64,000 bases of DNA, taken from the IMG/VR virus record IMGVR_UViG_3300023049_000005, positions 73,053 to 137,052 of that record; one strand, 5' to 3'. The translations under genes and the position numbers were made by a program. This document shows, piece by piece, positions 38,523 to 48,780 of the stretch. The notes under the pieces were generated by a model that did no database searches, was not told the origin of the DNA, and saw only the letters and a list, made by a program, of their open reading frames with translations. Source of the stretch: a virus. Position 1 is the stretch's first letter. Each line of letters starts with the position of its first letter.

Positions 38523-38772
38523 CTTGTTCTTTCTTTAATTTATATATTAGATCTTTTATCTCAGGTTTATCATATACTACCTTGGAATGATTTTTATATG
38601 AATATATAACTTCTTCTTCATAATCAATATAAAAGGTTCTACCTAATATATTGAATGTTCTCTTATAAACATCGGAGATATGTTTTACTCTTTTAATAAT
38701 TTGACTAGTGATATAATCACAGGTTAGGGTTTGATCTCTTATAATAAAACAAAAGAAATCTTTTATACTCAT
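38509..38772 (-). CDS. Hypothetical small protein
   Basis: 87-aa ORF, overlaps neighbours by few codons. Confidence 0.4.
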   Translation of the reverse strand: MSIKDFFCFIIRDQTLTCDYITSQIIKRVKHISDVYKRTFNILGRTFYIDYEEEVIYSYKNHSKVVYDKPEIKDLIYKLKKEQDELP

Positions 38773-39242
38773 TGTAATAAGTTATTTTCTAAGCTAAATT
38801 CGTATATAACAGGTAAGGATAACTCTCTCATAAACTTATCTCTACATTCTTTAATGTTCTTAGAACCTTTATTTATATTTAAAACCACTTCTTTGAAATG
38901 ATTAACAAATATATCAGCGTATTCATCCCATGATTTTTTATAAATATTACTATTTTTCCAAGTATTATCACCACCCGATAACCAATATAAAATATTATAA
39001 ACATTAATGTTGTAACGCATATCGTCTGTTATTCTAATATCCCAAATTTTATCCATTGAGTAGGCTTGTCTTAGTTTCATGAGAGCTGCAGTTGCTTCCA
39101 TATAATCGAAGGTAGAGAAATTATATAATTTTGGATTACTTGATTGAAAAAAATACATATTAGATTCTTGGTAAATATAAACTTGGCTTTTAAATTCTAT
39201 TAAGTTTTTTTCTATCAACATCACTTTTTTCTCTTTTTTCAT
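38769..39242 (-). CDS. Hypothetical protein
   Basis: 157-aa ORF. Confidence 0.45.
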   Translation of the reverse strand: MKKEKKVMLIEKNLIEFKSQVYIYQESNMYFFQSSNPKLYNFSTFDYMEATAALMKLRQAYSMDKIWDIRITDDMRYNINVYNILYWLSGGDNTWKNSNIYKKSWDEYADIFVNHFKEVVLNINKGSKNIKECRDKFMRELSLPVIYEFSLENNLLQ

Positions 39243-39250
39243 AATAATTT

Positions 39251-39568
39251 TTATTTTTTATTTCGGTTATCTATACCTGAGATCCAATTTCCTTTGAAAT
39301 CCCCATCCTCAAAAATGCCGTTTAGCCACTTTCCATAGAACGTACCCATTAACCAAATACCATACTTCCAACTACCGTGTAAATAATTACCCGATTTCCA
39401 AATTATAGTATCCCTAATAAGTTCTATTTCTGCGTCTTCAAACTCAGAATCTACTAACCAAAAAAATTTATGATCCTTTAAAATAGAATTGATATCATTA
39501 TCATTCTCTATTTGTTCTCCATTAAATTCAAAACTTTTATATCTCATTGAATTAATTAATTTATACAA
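39251..39568 (-). CDS. MORN-like repeat protein (GxWxxGxFxxG units)
   Basis: 105 aa; WKSGNYLHGSWKYGIWLMGTFYGKWLNGIFEDGDFKGNWISG. Confidence 0.4.
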   Translation of the reverse strand: MYKLINSMRYKSFEFNGEQIENDNDINSILKDHKFFWLVDSEFEDAEIELIRDTIIWKSGNYLHGSWKYGIWLMGTFYGKWLNGIFEDGDFKGNWISGIDNRNKK

Positions 39569-39675
39569 TATATATAAATTTAGGAAAACTGATTTATTCG
39601 AAATTGGGAAAATAATTGAAAAAAAAAAGCAACGACTGTAATAGCCACTGCTTTAATTATTGAGGTAGTAATATT

Positions 39676-39810
39676 TTAATTAAGTTGTTCTACACACAAA
39701 TCATAAGCTTTCTGTATGTCTTGATTAAGTACAGCTTCTTTTAATTCGTCTGAAAGATCCATCTCTTTTAGTACAGGCATCAACCAATCCCACGATTTAT
39801 CGTATTTCAT
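39676..39810 (-). CDS. Small ORF (44 aa) starting one codon after the in-frame TGA
   Basis: MKYDKSWDWLMPVLKEMDLSDELKEAVLNQDIQKAYDLCVEQLN. Confidence 0.3.
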   Translation of the reverse strand: MKYDKSWDWLMPVLKEMDLSDELKEAVLNQDIQKAYDLCVEQLN

Positions 39811-39813
39811 AGT

Positions 39814-39975
39814 TCAAGTGGCGTGATATCTACTATGGTCGGGCCATCTTTTTTTATTAGACAGACCATAATCCATCAAATAATGATCTAACTCTTTGTT
39901 TTCATTTAAATATGTAGTCAATAGGCTTCCACCCATAAACATACATAGCTTCTTATTTTTATCTTCTCTATTCAT
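39814..39975 (-). CDS. Small ORF (53 aa) terminated by TGA that is in frame with the next ORF
   Basis: MNREDKNKKLCMFMGGSLL...; see finding. Confidence 0.3.
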   Translation of the reverse strand: MNREDKNKKLCMFMGGSLLTTYLNENKELDHYLMDYGLSNKKRWPDHSRYHAT

Positions 39976-39990
39976 TGTTTTTAGTTTTAT

Positions 39991-40197
39991 TTACCAATGT
40001 ATTTTACTATAAAAGTAGGGTAATACTTCTACCATATTATAATCCATAAATCCGAATAATACCACGTATATAATCGTGTAAATAAGTACTATTATCATAC
40101 CTACTATACCCCCGATTTCTTCTTTGCACTCAGCAGGGAGTGAACAAATTATTATTATTATTCCTACTATATACATTATCAGATCTAATACGTGCAT
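39991..40197 (-). CDS. Small membrane protein (2 TM)
   Basis: 68 aa hydrophobic. Confidence 0.35.
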   Translation of the reverse strand: MHVLDLIMYIVGIIIIICSLPAECKEEIGGIVGMIIVLIYTIIYVVLFGFMDYNMVEVLPYFYSKIHW

Positions 40198-40202
40198 GTT
40201 TT

Positions 40203-40667
40203 TTAGTTTTGGGGTTGTAGATATTTAAATACTTCTTTCATACCTTTTTCAATAGCTTTTTCTCTTTTTTTAATTGGGTTATCAGAAGTTTCTTTCTCAT
40301 ATACACACCAAACATATTCAACTCCTCCGTTATATCCATTTCTAAGAGGGGCAACATAAAAGTGTATATTATATTTCTCTATTAACCAATCTTGAACATC
40401 ATGTATTCTAGGCGCAGAACACATATACCAATGTTCACTAGAATTATCTAGTGTTTTATCATTATTAATGAAAGATTGTGATTCTCTTGATAGTTCATTC
40501 ATTTCCCAACCAAAAGATCCTTCTTTTTTACCCGTTTCAGGATCTACACTTTCAGTTAAAGAAATCACATAATGATGACTAGATAATCTATTATATCCCA
40601 CTTCTTTTAATTTCTTTGAAATATCAAAAGGGAGAATATCATTATTTATTTTATCGAATATATTCAT
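40203..40667 (-). CDS. Hypothetical protein
   Basis: 154-aa ORF. Confidence 0.45.
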   Translation of the reverse strand: MNIFDKINNDILPFDISKKLKEVGYNRLSSHHYVISLTESVDPETGKKEGSFGWEMNELSRESQSFINNDKTLDNSSEHWYMCSAPRIHDVQDWLIEKYNIHFYVAPLRNGYNGGVEYVWCVYEKETSDNPIKKREKAIEKGMKEVFKYLQPQN

Positions 40668-40880
40668 TATTTTTCGAATTTAATAGTCACAGATTTAATA
40701 TATTTATTATCTTCGAATGTTTTAACTACTTCTTTTGTAGCTTCTTTCATTTCGAAAATATTTTTTTCTATTAAATCCTCAAAATTATCATTAGTGAAAT
40801 TATTAGTACTCCATCGTTTCTGTTTTTAATATATTCCATCTTTAGTTGTCTTTAATATTACAACAAATATACGAATTATT

Positions 40881-40892
40881 TTAATATATAAG
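40881..40892 (+). promoter_or_regulatory. TTAATATATAAG motif 2 nt upstream of start codon
   Basis: Recurring motif. Confidence 0.3.
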
Positions 40893-40894
40893 AT

Positions 40895-41563
40895 ATGTTA
40901 TTTAAATATCAACAATTTTTAAAAGAGAATAATAGTCTTAATATTTGGTATCATGGTACACCCGATGGTAGAGGGATAGTCAAAGATGGATTCTCACAAA
41001 ATACTAAAAGTGTGGAATATTTAAAAGATATTGAAGGTTATAAAGATATTATGAACCAATTAGAACAAGCTAGAATAGATGGTAAAGATAAATACTTTGA
41101 GATATTAGATAAGATATCTGATTTCAAAGACAATTTCACTTTTAATAAACCTATATTTTTAAGTAATAATTATAGAGTTGCTTCTACGTATGCTACTGAG
41201 AAAAGAGCATTTGATTACCAAGAATCTATACCGAAAGTATTTAAAATGGGTATAAAAAACGAAGGTAAGGTATTAACTATATATGCTCACAATAAACGAT
41301 TTAGATTTATTGATTCTGATTTTATAAAAAAGGGGTTAATGGACGGTGGTATAAGTTCAGAAAAAGCTGAAGAAACTATAAGTAAATTCAATTTCTTTTC
41401 AAGAAAAGATGGGATATCGATAGATACTATTGGAGCTATTGCTACTTATTTAGGATTTGATACAGTAGATGTAGTTGGTGTATTAGATAGTTACCACGGT
41501 GGTACTGTAAAATCTACGGTAAGAATGGTATTTGATTCGAAGAATATAGAGATATTAAACTAA
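40895..41563 (+). CDS. Hypothetical protein
   Basis: 222-aa ORF; TTAATATATAAG 2 nt upstream of ATG. Confidence 0.5.
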   Translation: MLFKYQQFLKENNSLNIWYHGTPDGRGIVKDGFSQNTKSVEYLKDIEGYKDIMNQLEQARIDGKDKYFEILDKISDFKDNFTFNKPIFLSNNYRVASTYATEKRAFDYQESIPKVFKMGIKNEGKVLTIYAHNKRFRFIDSDFIKKGLMDGGISSEKAEETISKFNFFSRKDGISIDTIGAIATYLGFDTVDVVGVLDSYHGGTVKSTVRMVFDSKNIEILN

Positions 41564-41982
41564 TCTCCTAATATTTTATCTATCATATAATCTCTCATAA
41601 GATAACTAAAATTTTTATCATTAGATAATGTTTCTAAGGTATCATTATATGATTTCTCTGTAACAGTTAAATTATATTCTTTTACATAGTCTAATCTACG
41701 TAATAAAAATCGACGCATTAAATCCTTATCTCTGAAATAAAAAGTAGATTGATTTGATGCGTGATCAGAAGGATCTGTTTCTATTCTCGATAATTTATCA
41801 ACACTTAATTGACTTCCATAATAACAATTTTCTAATTTCAAATTATTATTTAACGGAAAATTCAATTCGTATATTTGACCTTGTGCGAATGGGTTGATGA
41901 TAACAGTAGTATAGCGATATTCTTCTAGTTTCTTAGCTATACTTTTAGATTGTTTACTAGTTAGACTAAGACCATTAACCAT
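41560..41982 (-). CDS. Hypothetical protein (antisense gene immediately upstream of terminase)
   Basis: 140-aa ORF. Confidence 0.45.
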   Translation of the reverse strand: MVNGLSLTSKQSKSIAKKLEEYRYTTVIINPFAQGQIYELNFPLNNNLKLENCYYGSQLSVDKLSRIETDPSDHASNQSTFYFRDKDLMRRFLLRRLDYVKEYNLTVTEKSYNDTLETLSNDKNFSYLMRDYMIDKILGD

Positions 41983-42228
41983 TTCATTAACTGTCTTAAA
42001 GGGTAATAATTCTAACTTATTGTTTTTTTTTATTATAATAAGTCTTTATATCATTAGCTAAAAATCCGTTATTCTCTTTAATGTAGATGAAATTATTTCT
42101 ATTATTTCCCATAATTTGTCTATTTATTACAGCAAATATAACCAATTTTAATTAAATATAGGCTAAAAGACCTATAAGTACTTAATATAGTCTTATATGG
42201 CTATAATTAAGTTTTTTATATATAATTC

Positions 42229-44466
42229 ATGAAAAAATTCTTAATTAAATTAATCTATAAATGTATAGAGCTTATAGAAAGGATAGAATATAGAAACCAT
42301 ATATTAGACGAAGATGATAATGATTATAAAATATTATCTGAACATGATGTTTATGGGTATAAAGTTAAATCTGATTCGGGTTATATTGATATTAGTAAAA
42401 TGATGATCACACAACCATATACTCATTATTATTTAGAGTTAGAAAATGGGATGAATTTGACTTGTGCTGATAATCATAGAATATTTGATCAATATTTAAG
42501 TGAAATGTTTGTGAAACACTTAAAGGTAGGTGATAAAATATCTACTGAATCAGGTATATCTAAAGTTAAGATAATAAAGAAATTGAAAAGAAAGACTTCT
42601 ATGGTTGATATTACAGTTGATCATGAAGACCATAGGTATTATACAAATGGTATATTAAGTCATAACACAGTATGTGCGGCTATTTATATATTACATTATA
42701 TGATGTTTAATAATAATAAAAACGTACTTATTGCTGCGAATAAATTAGAAACATCACAAGAAGTACTTGATAAAATTAAGACACTTTATAGTTACATTCC
42801 ATTGTTTTTAAAACAAGGTATTGATACATGGAATGTAAATAGGATAAAATTTGAGAACGGATGTAGAGCTAAAGCATTCGCAATGACGAAAAATGCTTCT
42901 ATTGGTAATGCGGGTGACTTAGTATATGTTGATGAGTTTGCCCATATTAATAATAATATAGCAGATAAATTCTATAAATCTATTTTCCCTACTTTAGCAT
43001 CTATCGAAAATTCTAAAATGATTATTACATCGACACCTGATGGATATAACCTATTTCATAAACTATTAACAGATGCTGAGAGAGAAATATCAGATCCATT
43101 GAAGAATGAGTTTACACCATTGAGGGTTTATTGGCATCAAGTACCTGGTCGTAATGTAACTTATTTCAAGATAAACCAACATTTATTATTACAACAGAAT
43201 TTAGATTTAGATTCGGTCTTTGAACAATTGAAAGAAATATATAACCCTAACGATGATGTCAATTCTAATAATATTCCTCTTGTAACAAAGAAAACACAAA
43301 GTATTAATAGGAAAACATGGATACATGTACAGAACACAGAAAGATTAAAATATGATGATCTTAAAAATACTTCTGTGGTCAATAGAGATGGTGAAAAAAT
43401 ATTTTGTTCTACATTCTGTGATGGTATTTCTACTTGGAAATTAGATGCAATTAAGAATATTGGTGGTGAGGATAACTTTAATCAAGAATATGATCTTCGT
43501 TTCGCATCAGGGTCTAGAAGTGTATTAAAAGAAGAAACCATTGAAAGAATTACTAATAGTAAACAAAAGTATAGACATATTAATGGATTAGAAGAATTCG
43601 ATAAATTAAAATGGGATTATAGCTCATTAAAATTCGCTAAAGATTGGGATGAAGATATGAGAAAGAATATGTATGGTATGATCTCCGTCGATGTATCTGA
43701 GGGATTAGGTCAAGATTATAGTGTAATTAATATGTTCAGATTAGGATATAAATCACAAGAAATAATAGAAGAACAAAAGGAACACTATTCAGTAAGAGAA
43801 GACTTTTTTCAATTAACTCAATTTGGATTATTTAGATCTAATATAATTAGTGTAGAGCAACTTGCTGAGATACTTTATGTATTGATATTCGAATTTTTTG
43901 ATCCTGATAAAATGAAAGTAGTTGTTGAATATAACAATGACGGAAAGACATTATTGAATGCTATTAAGAACGTATTCAACAGAGAGAATGATTATAGTAC
44001 TTATGTTATGTTAAAATTTAAACATCGATTAGATGCTGTTGATCGAAAGGTAGGTCTGAAAGTAGGACTTAATAAAAATAAGTTTGTTAAAGATTATCAG
44101 TTAATGTTAGAAGATCAGACTATTTTAGTTAGTGAAGAGAATACTATCAAAGAGATATCTACCTTTATTTCACATGAAACAGCAGCAGGGAATGTGATTT
44201 ATAGAGGGGATGGTTCTAATGATGACTTAGCTATGACTATTGTGAATCTAACACAAGGTTGGAGAAACAGATCATTTAAAGATACTGTATTAGATTTCAT
44301 GGATAATGAACCGAATAATATTATAAATAAATTAATAGCTGAGGTATTAGAAAAGGAGAAGTCTATTGGAACAGATTATGGATCTTTTTTTAAGGGTAAG
44401 AAAAATTACACAAATTATAATACTAGAAATTTTAGAGGGGGTATAGACCCTAAATCACTTATTTAA
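42229..44466 (+). CDS. terL: Large terminase subunit (T4 gp17-like) C-terminal portion preceded by a mini-intein; N-terminal ATPase segment not encoded upstream
   Basis: From residue 146 aligns with gp17 right after Walker A (TVCAAIYILHY..., Walker B LVYVDEFAHI, ITSTPDGYN); residues ~12-145 carry intein blocks B (GMNLTCADNHRIF) and F/G (VDITVDHEDHRYYTNGILSHN|T). Confidence 0.8.
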   Translation: MKKFLIKLIYKCIELIERIEYRNHILDEDDNDYKILSEHDVYGYKVKSDSGYIDISKMMITQPYTHYYLELENGMNLTCADNHRIFDQYLSEMFVKHLKVGDKISTESGISKVKIIKKLKRKTSMVDITVDHEDHRYYTNGILSHNTVCAAIYILHYMMFNNNKNVLIAANKLETSQEVLDKIKTLYSYIPLFLKQGIDTWNVNRIKFENGCRAKAFAMTKNASIGNAGDLVYVDEFAHINNNIADKFYKSIFPTLASIENSKMIITSTPDGYNLFHKLLTDAEREISDPLKNEFTPLRVYWHQVPGRNVTYFKINQHLLLQQNLDLDSVFEQLKEIYNPNDDVNSNNIPLVTKKTQSINRKTWIHVQNTERLKYDDLKNTSVVNRDGEKIFCSTFCDGISTWKLDAIKNIGGEDNFNQEYDLRFASGSRSVLKEETIERITNSKQKYRHINGLEEFDKLKWDYSSLKFAKDWDEDMRKNMYGMISVDVSEGLGQDYSVINMFRLGYKSQEIIEEQKEHYSVREDFFQLTQFGLFRSNIISVEQLAEILYVLIFEFFDPDKMKVVVEYNNDGKTLLNAIKNVFNRENDYSTYVMLKFKHRLDAVDRKVGLKVGLNKNKFVKDYQLMLEDQTILVSEENTIKEISTFISHETAAGNVIYRGDGSNDDLAMTIVNLTQGWRNRSFKDTVLDFMDNEPNNIINKLIAEVLEKEKSIGTDYGSFFKGKKNYTNYNTRNFRGGIDPKSLI
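42262..42663 (+). mobile_element. Mini-intein (Hint domain, no endonuclease domain) in terminase P-loop
   Basis: Cys12 ... block B TxxH-type ... terminal HN followed by Thr; ~134 aa. Confidence 0.65.
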
Positions 44467-44811
44467 GCTTTCATCTATCATTTTTTTCCATTCGGCAGCA
44501 CCTTCGTAATCTTCAACTTTAACACAATTTTCCATTTCGGTTTCCATTTCCTTGATTGCGTCTTTTTTAATTATATTAAGGTTCTTCTCAACATTAGCTT
44601 CTAGTCCTACTAATATTTGATTGTTTTTTTGATGTAATCTAACAGTTCTTTCGGTTCTTAATTCATTTAGACCATTATTAAAATCATTTAATTCACCTAT
44701 TGTGTTAGATTCGAATATTTCCTCAGTGAGTTTTACTATCTCAATAAATACATCGTTTTTATTGGTATGTAATTCCAAGTACCCTACTATTCTATCTTTC
44801 ATTTTATCCAT
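44455..44811 (-). CDS. Hypothetical protein
   Basis: 118-aa ORF overlapping terminase stop by 12 nt. Confidence 0.4.
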   Translation of the reverse strand: MDKMKDRIVGYLELHTNKNDVFIEIVKLTEEIFESNTIGELNDFNNGLNELRTERTVRLHQKNNQILVGLEANVEKNLNIIKKDAIKEMETEMENCVKVEDYEGAAEWKKMIDESLNK

Positions 44812-44954
44812 AATCTTATTATTTTATAATCTACCCATACCACAAAGTTAAGGATTTTATTTAAATATATACATTATATAGGTATATAGTATAAACTGTA
44901 AAATACCACTTTTAGAAGTTAATATATATATTAGAAAAAAAATATTTAAACAAT

Positions 44955-47900
44955 ATGCCAACAGTAGATATAGGTAAATACCAAAGACCAGGAATTTTCA
45001 TAGAAGAATTTAATAACTCAGCAATAGAAACACCTATTGTTACAGGTATTCAGTCATTAGTTATTGGTTCTAGTAAGAAAGGACCTCTCAATACACCTGT
45101 TGTAATTAACTCACAAATCCAATTAGAAAGAATTTTTGGAACAATTGATAGATCTTTAGAATCAAAGGGTTCTTTTTTTCACAGAACTATATCAAGAGTT
45201 TTACAAAACACACCCGTAGTTGCTATGAACATAGTAGACTTAGACGACGATTTAGATCAAATCGAGTATAAATCATTATCAACAGCAACAGGTTATGTAA
45301 ATGATGCAATAAGAGAAGCACCATATAGTAGATTTTTCAATACTTCTGCTTTTTGGGAAAAAGATAGAGAAGCATTTTTATCTGTAACAGACGATAACGC
45401 AGGTGACGAAAATAGAGTATTACACTTCACTAACTTAAATAATAGACAAGTTACTATCTTTATAGTAAAGTCACAAAACTCATATGGATTTGATAAAACA
45501 TTATTAGAATGGTATGGATCAGTTGATAAAGTACCTTTATATTTGGATAAAAATGATTTCGCATCAGACTACTTAGTAGATGTTGTAATGTTATCAGGAG
45601 ATTGGACTAATTACACTGAATTATCAGTAGATCCAATTTGGAGTCAATACTTCAATAACCAAGGATTAGTTAAAGATCAATTATTCAATTTAGTGAATAA
45701 TCAAAGTATTAATACGTTAGGGGTATTCAGAAACTTATCATTAATCCCTTACTTCACAGATGCTAGTAACACTAACATCTTTATTGAAGATAGAATTAAT
45801 TTAAGAACTGATGAAACAGGTATTTATATGGCATATAATATCGACGCAGTAGAAACTACATATAGAAATGGTTTATTAGATTTAGTAGGTAATAATATTA
45901 TTGCTGATAACACTATTGAAAGAATTGAAATGTTATCATATAATGATGATGTTACAGAAAAAAACGAATATGTTGAAAAACAATTAGATTCATTAGGTAA
46001 TACACACCAATTAACATTTGGTTCTTATTATCAAGAAGCGGGTCAAGAAAGAAAGGCAGCATACGCAGAGGATTTTGTGATCGGTCTTATCGGACCTTCT
46101 GCATCTGAGATTGATGGTACATACCCATCGGATGTAGGATATGGTACATATAGCGTAGATTTTGGTACAACTTCTGTAACAATTGGAGCAGAACAACCAT
46201 ATGCTATCATTGGTGGACAAGCTTTATTAATAGCTGCTACTGATTTTGATTTTGTTCCTGATGATTTTACGACAAATAGTACAAGTCCTGGAACAACACA
46301 AAGTTTCCAAAAAGTATTCTTTATTGATACTGACGGTGGTATTAAAACTAACCCTAATAACAATGACCTCACAAATGGTATAGTATTAGGTTACGTTGAT
46401 ATTATAGTAGCATTAGATGCAGATAGAGTTAAATATTTCCAATCTGTTGACTATACACCTGTATCAGTAGGTGAAAGTGGATTTATCTACTTTGATAATT
46501 CAACTGATGTAACAGTAACAGTTAACGCTAATCAAAATCAAATTACATATGAATTCTTAAACACAACAGGAGTTCCTGATGTAACTGATTATGTTGGATA
46601 TAGAAGATGGAAGACATTTAATAATATGTCAGGTATCTTAAGTAGTTCAACAGGAAATAGAGCAACAATATTAGTAGATGAAGGAAGTGGTTCTAATGGA
46701 AATCCATGGAAAAGAGCTATTGCTGATCTAGACGTTACATTAGTAACTAGCACTACATTAAATAAAACAATAACAATTAGTGGATTTGATACAGGATTTT
46801 TAAATTCTTCTATCTTAGAAACTAACGGACTTGTATTACATATAATTGATAATGAATTTGTATTATCATCAGAAGGTGCTATTACAACAAATAATTGGAT
46901 TGGAGCAACATATGGTATAGTAGCTGAATACAGTGATTTATATCAAGATTATATAGATGGTAATATAAACACAGGAGATTATTTCTACGAAAACTTAATT
47001 GATGGATTAGATAATACAGCCGAAGCATCTGAGTTAAACTATGTTAGATTATTAGATATCAATGGTGATGATTACTTAATAAGTGATAAAGAATTAAATT
47101 TCCAAACGAATGATACTATTATCTTACCTGAATCTACAAGTAACACAGGAGAATTGATCGTTTCAGATCCAACTCCAATTGCTACGGGATTAACGGGAGC
47201 GACAGGTGCGTATTTTGGATATTTATTATCATCTAATATTACTGATGAAGTAATAGTTAATCCAACTAAGATTTGGTTAACAAGCGGAACAGGACAAAAA
47301 TTCCTAAGATTTTACTTAGTGAATGATATATTGACAATTGATTTTACTGATGCTAGTCTAAACCCTGGTGCGAGTACATTCAATAAAACGATTGATATTA
47401 TTTCACAATCATCTAATTTTAGACAAACAGTAGAAATAGAAGAACCTGTAGGATACACTCCTATAACTAATAAAATATTAGTAGATGCTACTAGATATGC
47501 TGAAATTAGAATAGGTGATTTCTTACAAGCAGTAGCACCTGAGGCAACTGAATTAGGAGAAGTTCCAAGACAAGTAACAAGAGTTATCAGAAAAAGAACA
47601 TATTCTGAGGATGTATCATTAGTAGAAATTACATGTGATTCAGCTATTAGATTATATGACTTCAATGGTGATAAACAAACATACAGATTTACACAGATCG
47701 ATGATTATGTATCAACATATAAAGGTATTAATTTATTTGGTTTCAGATTAAGAACAGCTTCTTTACCTGATAATACTGATAGTAGATTAACAGATATATT
47801 AAATGTAGTAGGTAAAGGAACATCTTTATATAACGCATTAACAGATAAAAATATCATTGATTTTAGATACTTGATCGATTCTTATGGATTAGGTCTTATA

Positions 47901-48764
47901 AGTAATTCTAAGCAACAATTAGCTGATATTTGTGGTAAGCGTTTAGATTGCTTCGGTATATTAAACATGCCAAGTATGAAACAATTTAGAAATGCTGCAG
48001 CACCGAGTTTCACTGATAGTAGAGGTGCTATTAGATTTGATTATATCAGATTAGGAGGTAACCCTGAAGCAGTTGCGGGATTTAACTTCTCATTAGCAGA
48101 AGGCGATGGTCAAACATGTGTGGCTTACTTTACTCCTTATGTAACAATAGGAGATAACGGTAGACCAATTTCATTACCACCATCATCATTTGTGGCTAAC
48201 ACTTTCCTTAGAAAGCATAATAACGCTCTAACAAGTGTGACACCATGGACTATTGCTGCGGGTATTACTGATGGACAAATTACAGGTATATCAGGATTAG
48301 AATATAATTTAACAAATGAAGATATCATCGAGTTAAACCAAATGTCAGTTAACCCAATTGTTTCTAAGAGAAACAGAGGTAATGTAATTGAAACTGAGAA
48401 TACAGCAGAATCACTAGTAAATAGTGCATTAAGCTTTATCCATTCAAGAGAAGTATTAATTGAATTAGAAAGAGATCTTTCTGATATGTTACTACAATTC
48501 CAATGGAAATATAACACACCTGAGATTAGATCAGAGATCAAATTAAGAGCAGATACTATCTGTCAAGACTATGTAAATAGAAACGGACTATTTAACTTCT
48601 TTAATAAGATTGATAGTGAAAACAACACACAGGAGATTATCGATAATCAAATAGGTGTATTAGACACATATGTTGAGATTATTAAAGGTATGGGTGTAAT
48701 TGTTAATAACATCACGATACTTAATACGGGTGCAATTGATTCATCAGGTTTTCAAACTAGTTAA
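44955..48764 (+). CDS. Tail sheath protein, T4 gp18-like, with large internal insertions (1269 aa)
   Basis: N-terminus MPTVDIGKYQRPGIFIEE parallels gp18 N-terminus; C-terminal domain (VNPIVSKRNRGNVIETENT...) parallels conserved gp18 C-terminus; followed by terminator. Confidence 0.7.
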   Translation: MPTVDIGKYQRPGIFIEEFNNSAIETPIVTGIQSLVIGSSKKGPLNTPVVINSQIQLERIFGTIDRSLESKGSFFHRTISRVLQNTPVVAMNIVDLDDDLDQIEYKSLSTATGYVNDAIREAPYSRFFNTSAFWEKDREAFLSVTDDNAGDENRVLHFTNLNNRQVTIFIVKSQNSYGFDKTLLEWYGSVDKVPLYLDKNDFASDYLVDVVMLSGDWTNYTELSVDPIWSQYFNNQGLVKDQLFNLVNNQSINTLGVFRNLSLIPYFTDASNTNIFIEDRINLRTDETGIYMAYNIDAVETTYRNGLLDLVGNNIIADNTIERIEMLSYNDDVTEKNEYVEKQLDSLGNTHQLTFGSYYQEAGQERKAAYAEDFVIGLIGPSASEIDGTYPSDVGYGTYSVDFGTTSVTIGAEQPYAIIGGQALLIAATDFDFVPDDFTTNSTSPGTTQSFQKVFFIDTDGGIKTNPNNNDLTNGIVLGYVDIIVALDADRVKYFQSVDYTPVSVGESGFIYFDNSTDVTVTVNANQNQITYEFLNTTGVPDVTDYVGYRRWKTFNNMSGILSSSTGNRATILVDEGSGSNGNPWKRAIADLDVTLVTSTTLNKTITISGFDTGFLNSSILETNGLVLHIIDNEFVLSSEGAITTNNWIGATYGIVAEYSDLYQDYIDGNINTGDYFYENLIDGLDNTAEASELNYVRLLDINGDDYLISDKELNFQTNDTIILPESTSNTGELIVSDPTPIATGLTGATGAYFGYLLSSNITDEVIVNPTKIWLTSGTGQKFLRFYLVNDILTIDFTDASLNPGASTFNKTIDIISQSSNFRQTVEIEEPVGYTPITNKILVDATRYAEIRIGDFLQAVAPEATELGEVPRQVTRVIRKRTYSEDVSLVEITCDSAIRLYDFNGDKQTYRFTQIDDYVSTYKGINLFGFRLRTASLPDNTDSRLTDILNVVGKGTSLYNALTDKNIIDFRYLIDSYGLGLISNSKQQLADICGKRLDCFGILNMPSMKQFRNAAAPSFTDSRGAIRFDYIRLGGNPEAVAGFNFSLAEGDGQTCVAYFTPYVTIGDNGRPISLPPSSFVANTFLRKHNNALTSVTPWTIAAGITDGQITGISGLEYNLTNEDIIELNQMSVNPIVSKRNRGNVIETENTAESLVNSALSFIHSREVLIELERDLSDMLLQFQWKYNTPEIRSEIKLRADTICQDYVNRNGLFNFFNKIDSENNTQEIIDNQIGVLDTYVEIIKGMGVIVNNITILNTGAIDSSGFQTS

Positions 48765-48780
48765 TTTTAATAGATAAGAA

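Noticed and set aside
46011-48541. Antisense ORFs inside the tail sheath gene, and 43161..43382 inside the terminase
   Set aside because: Shadow ORFs within well-supported conserved genes.
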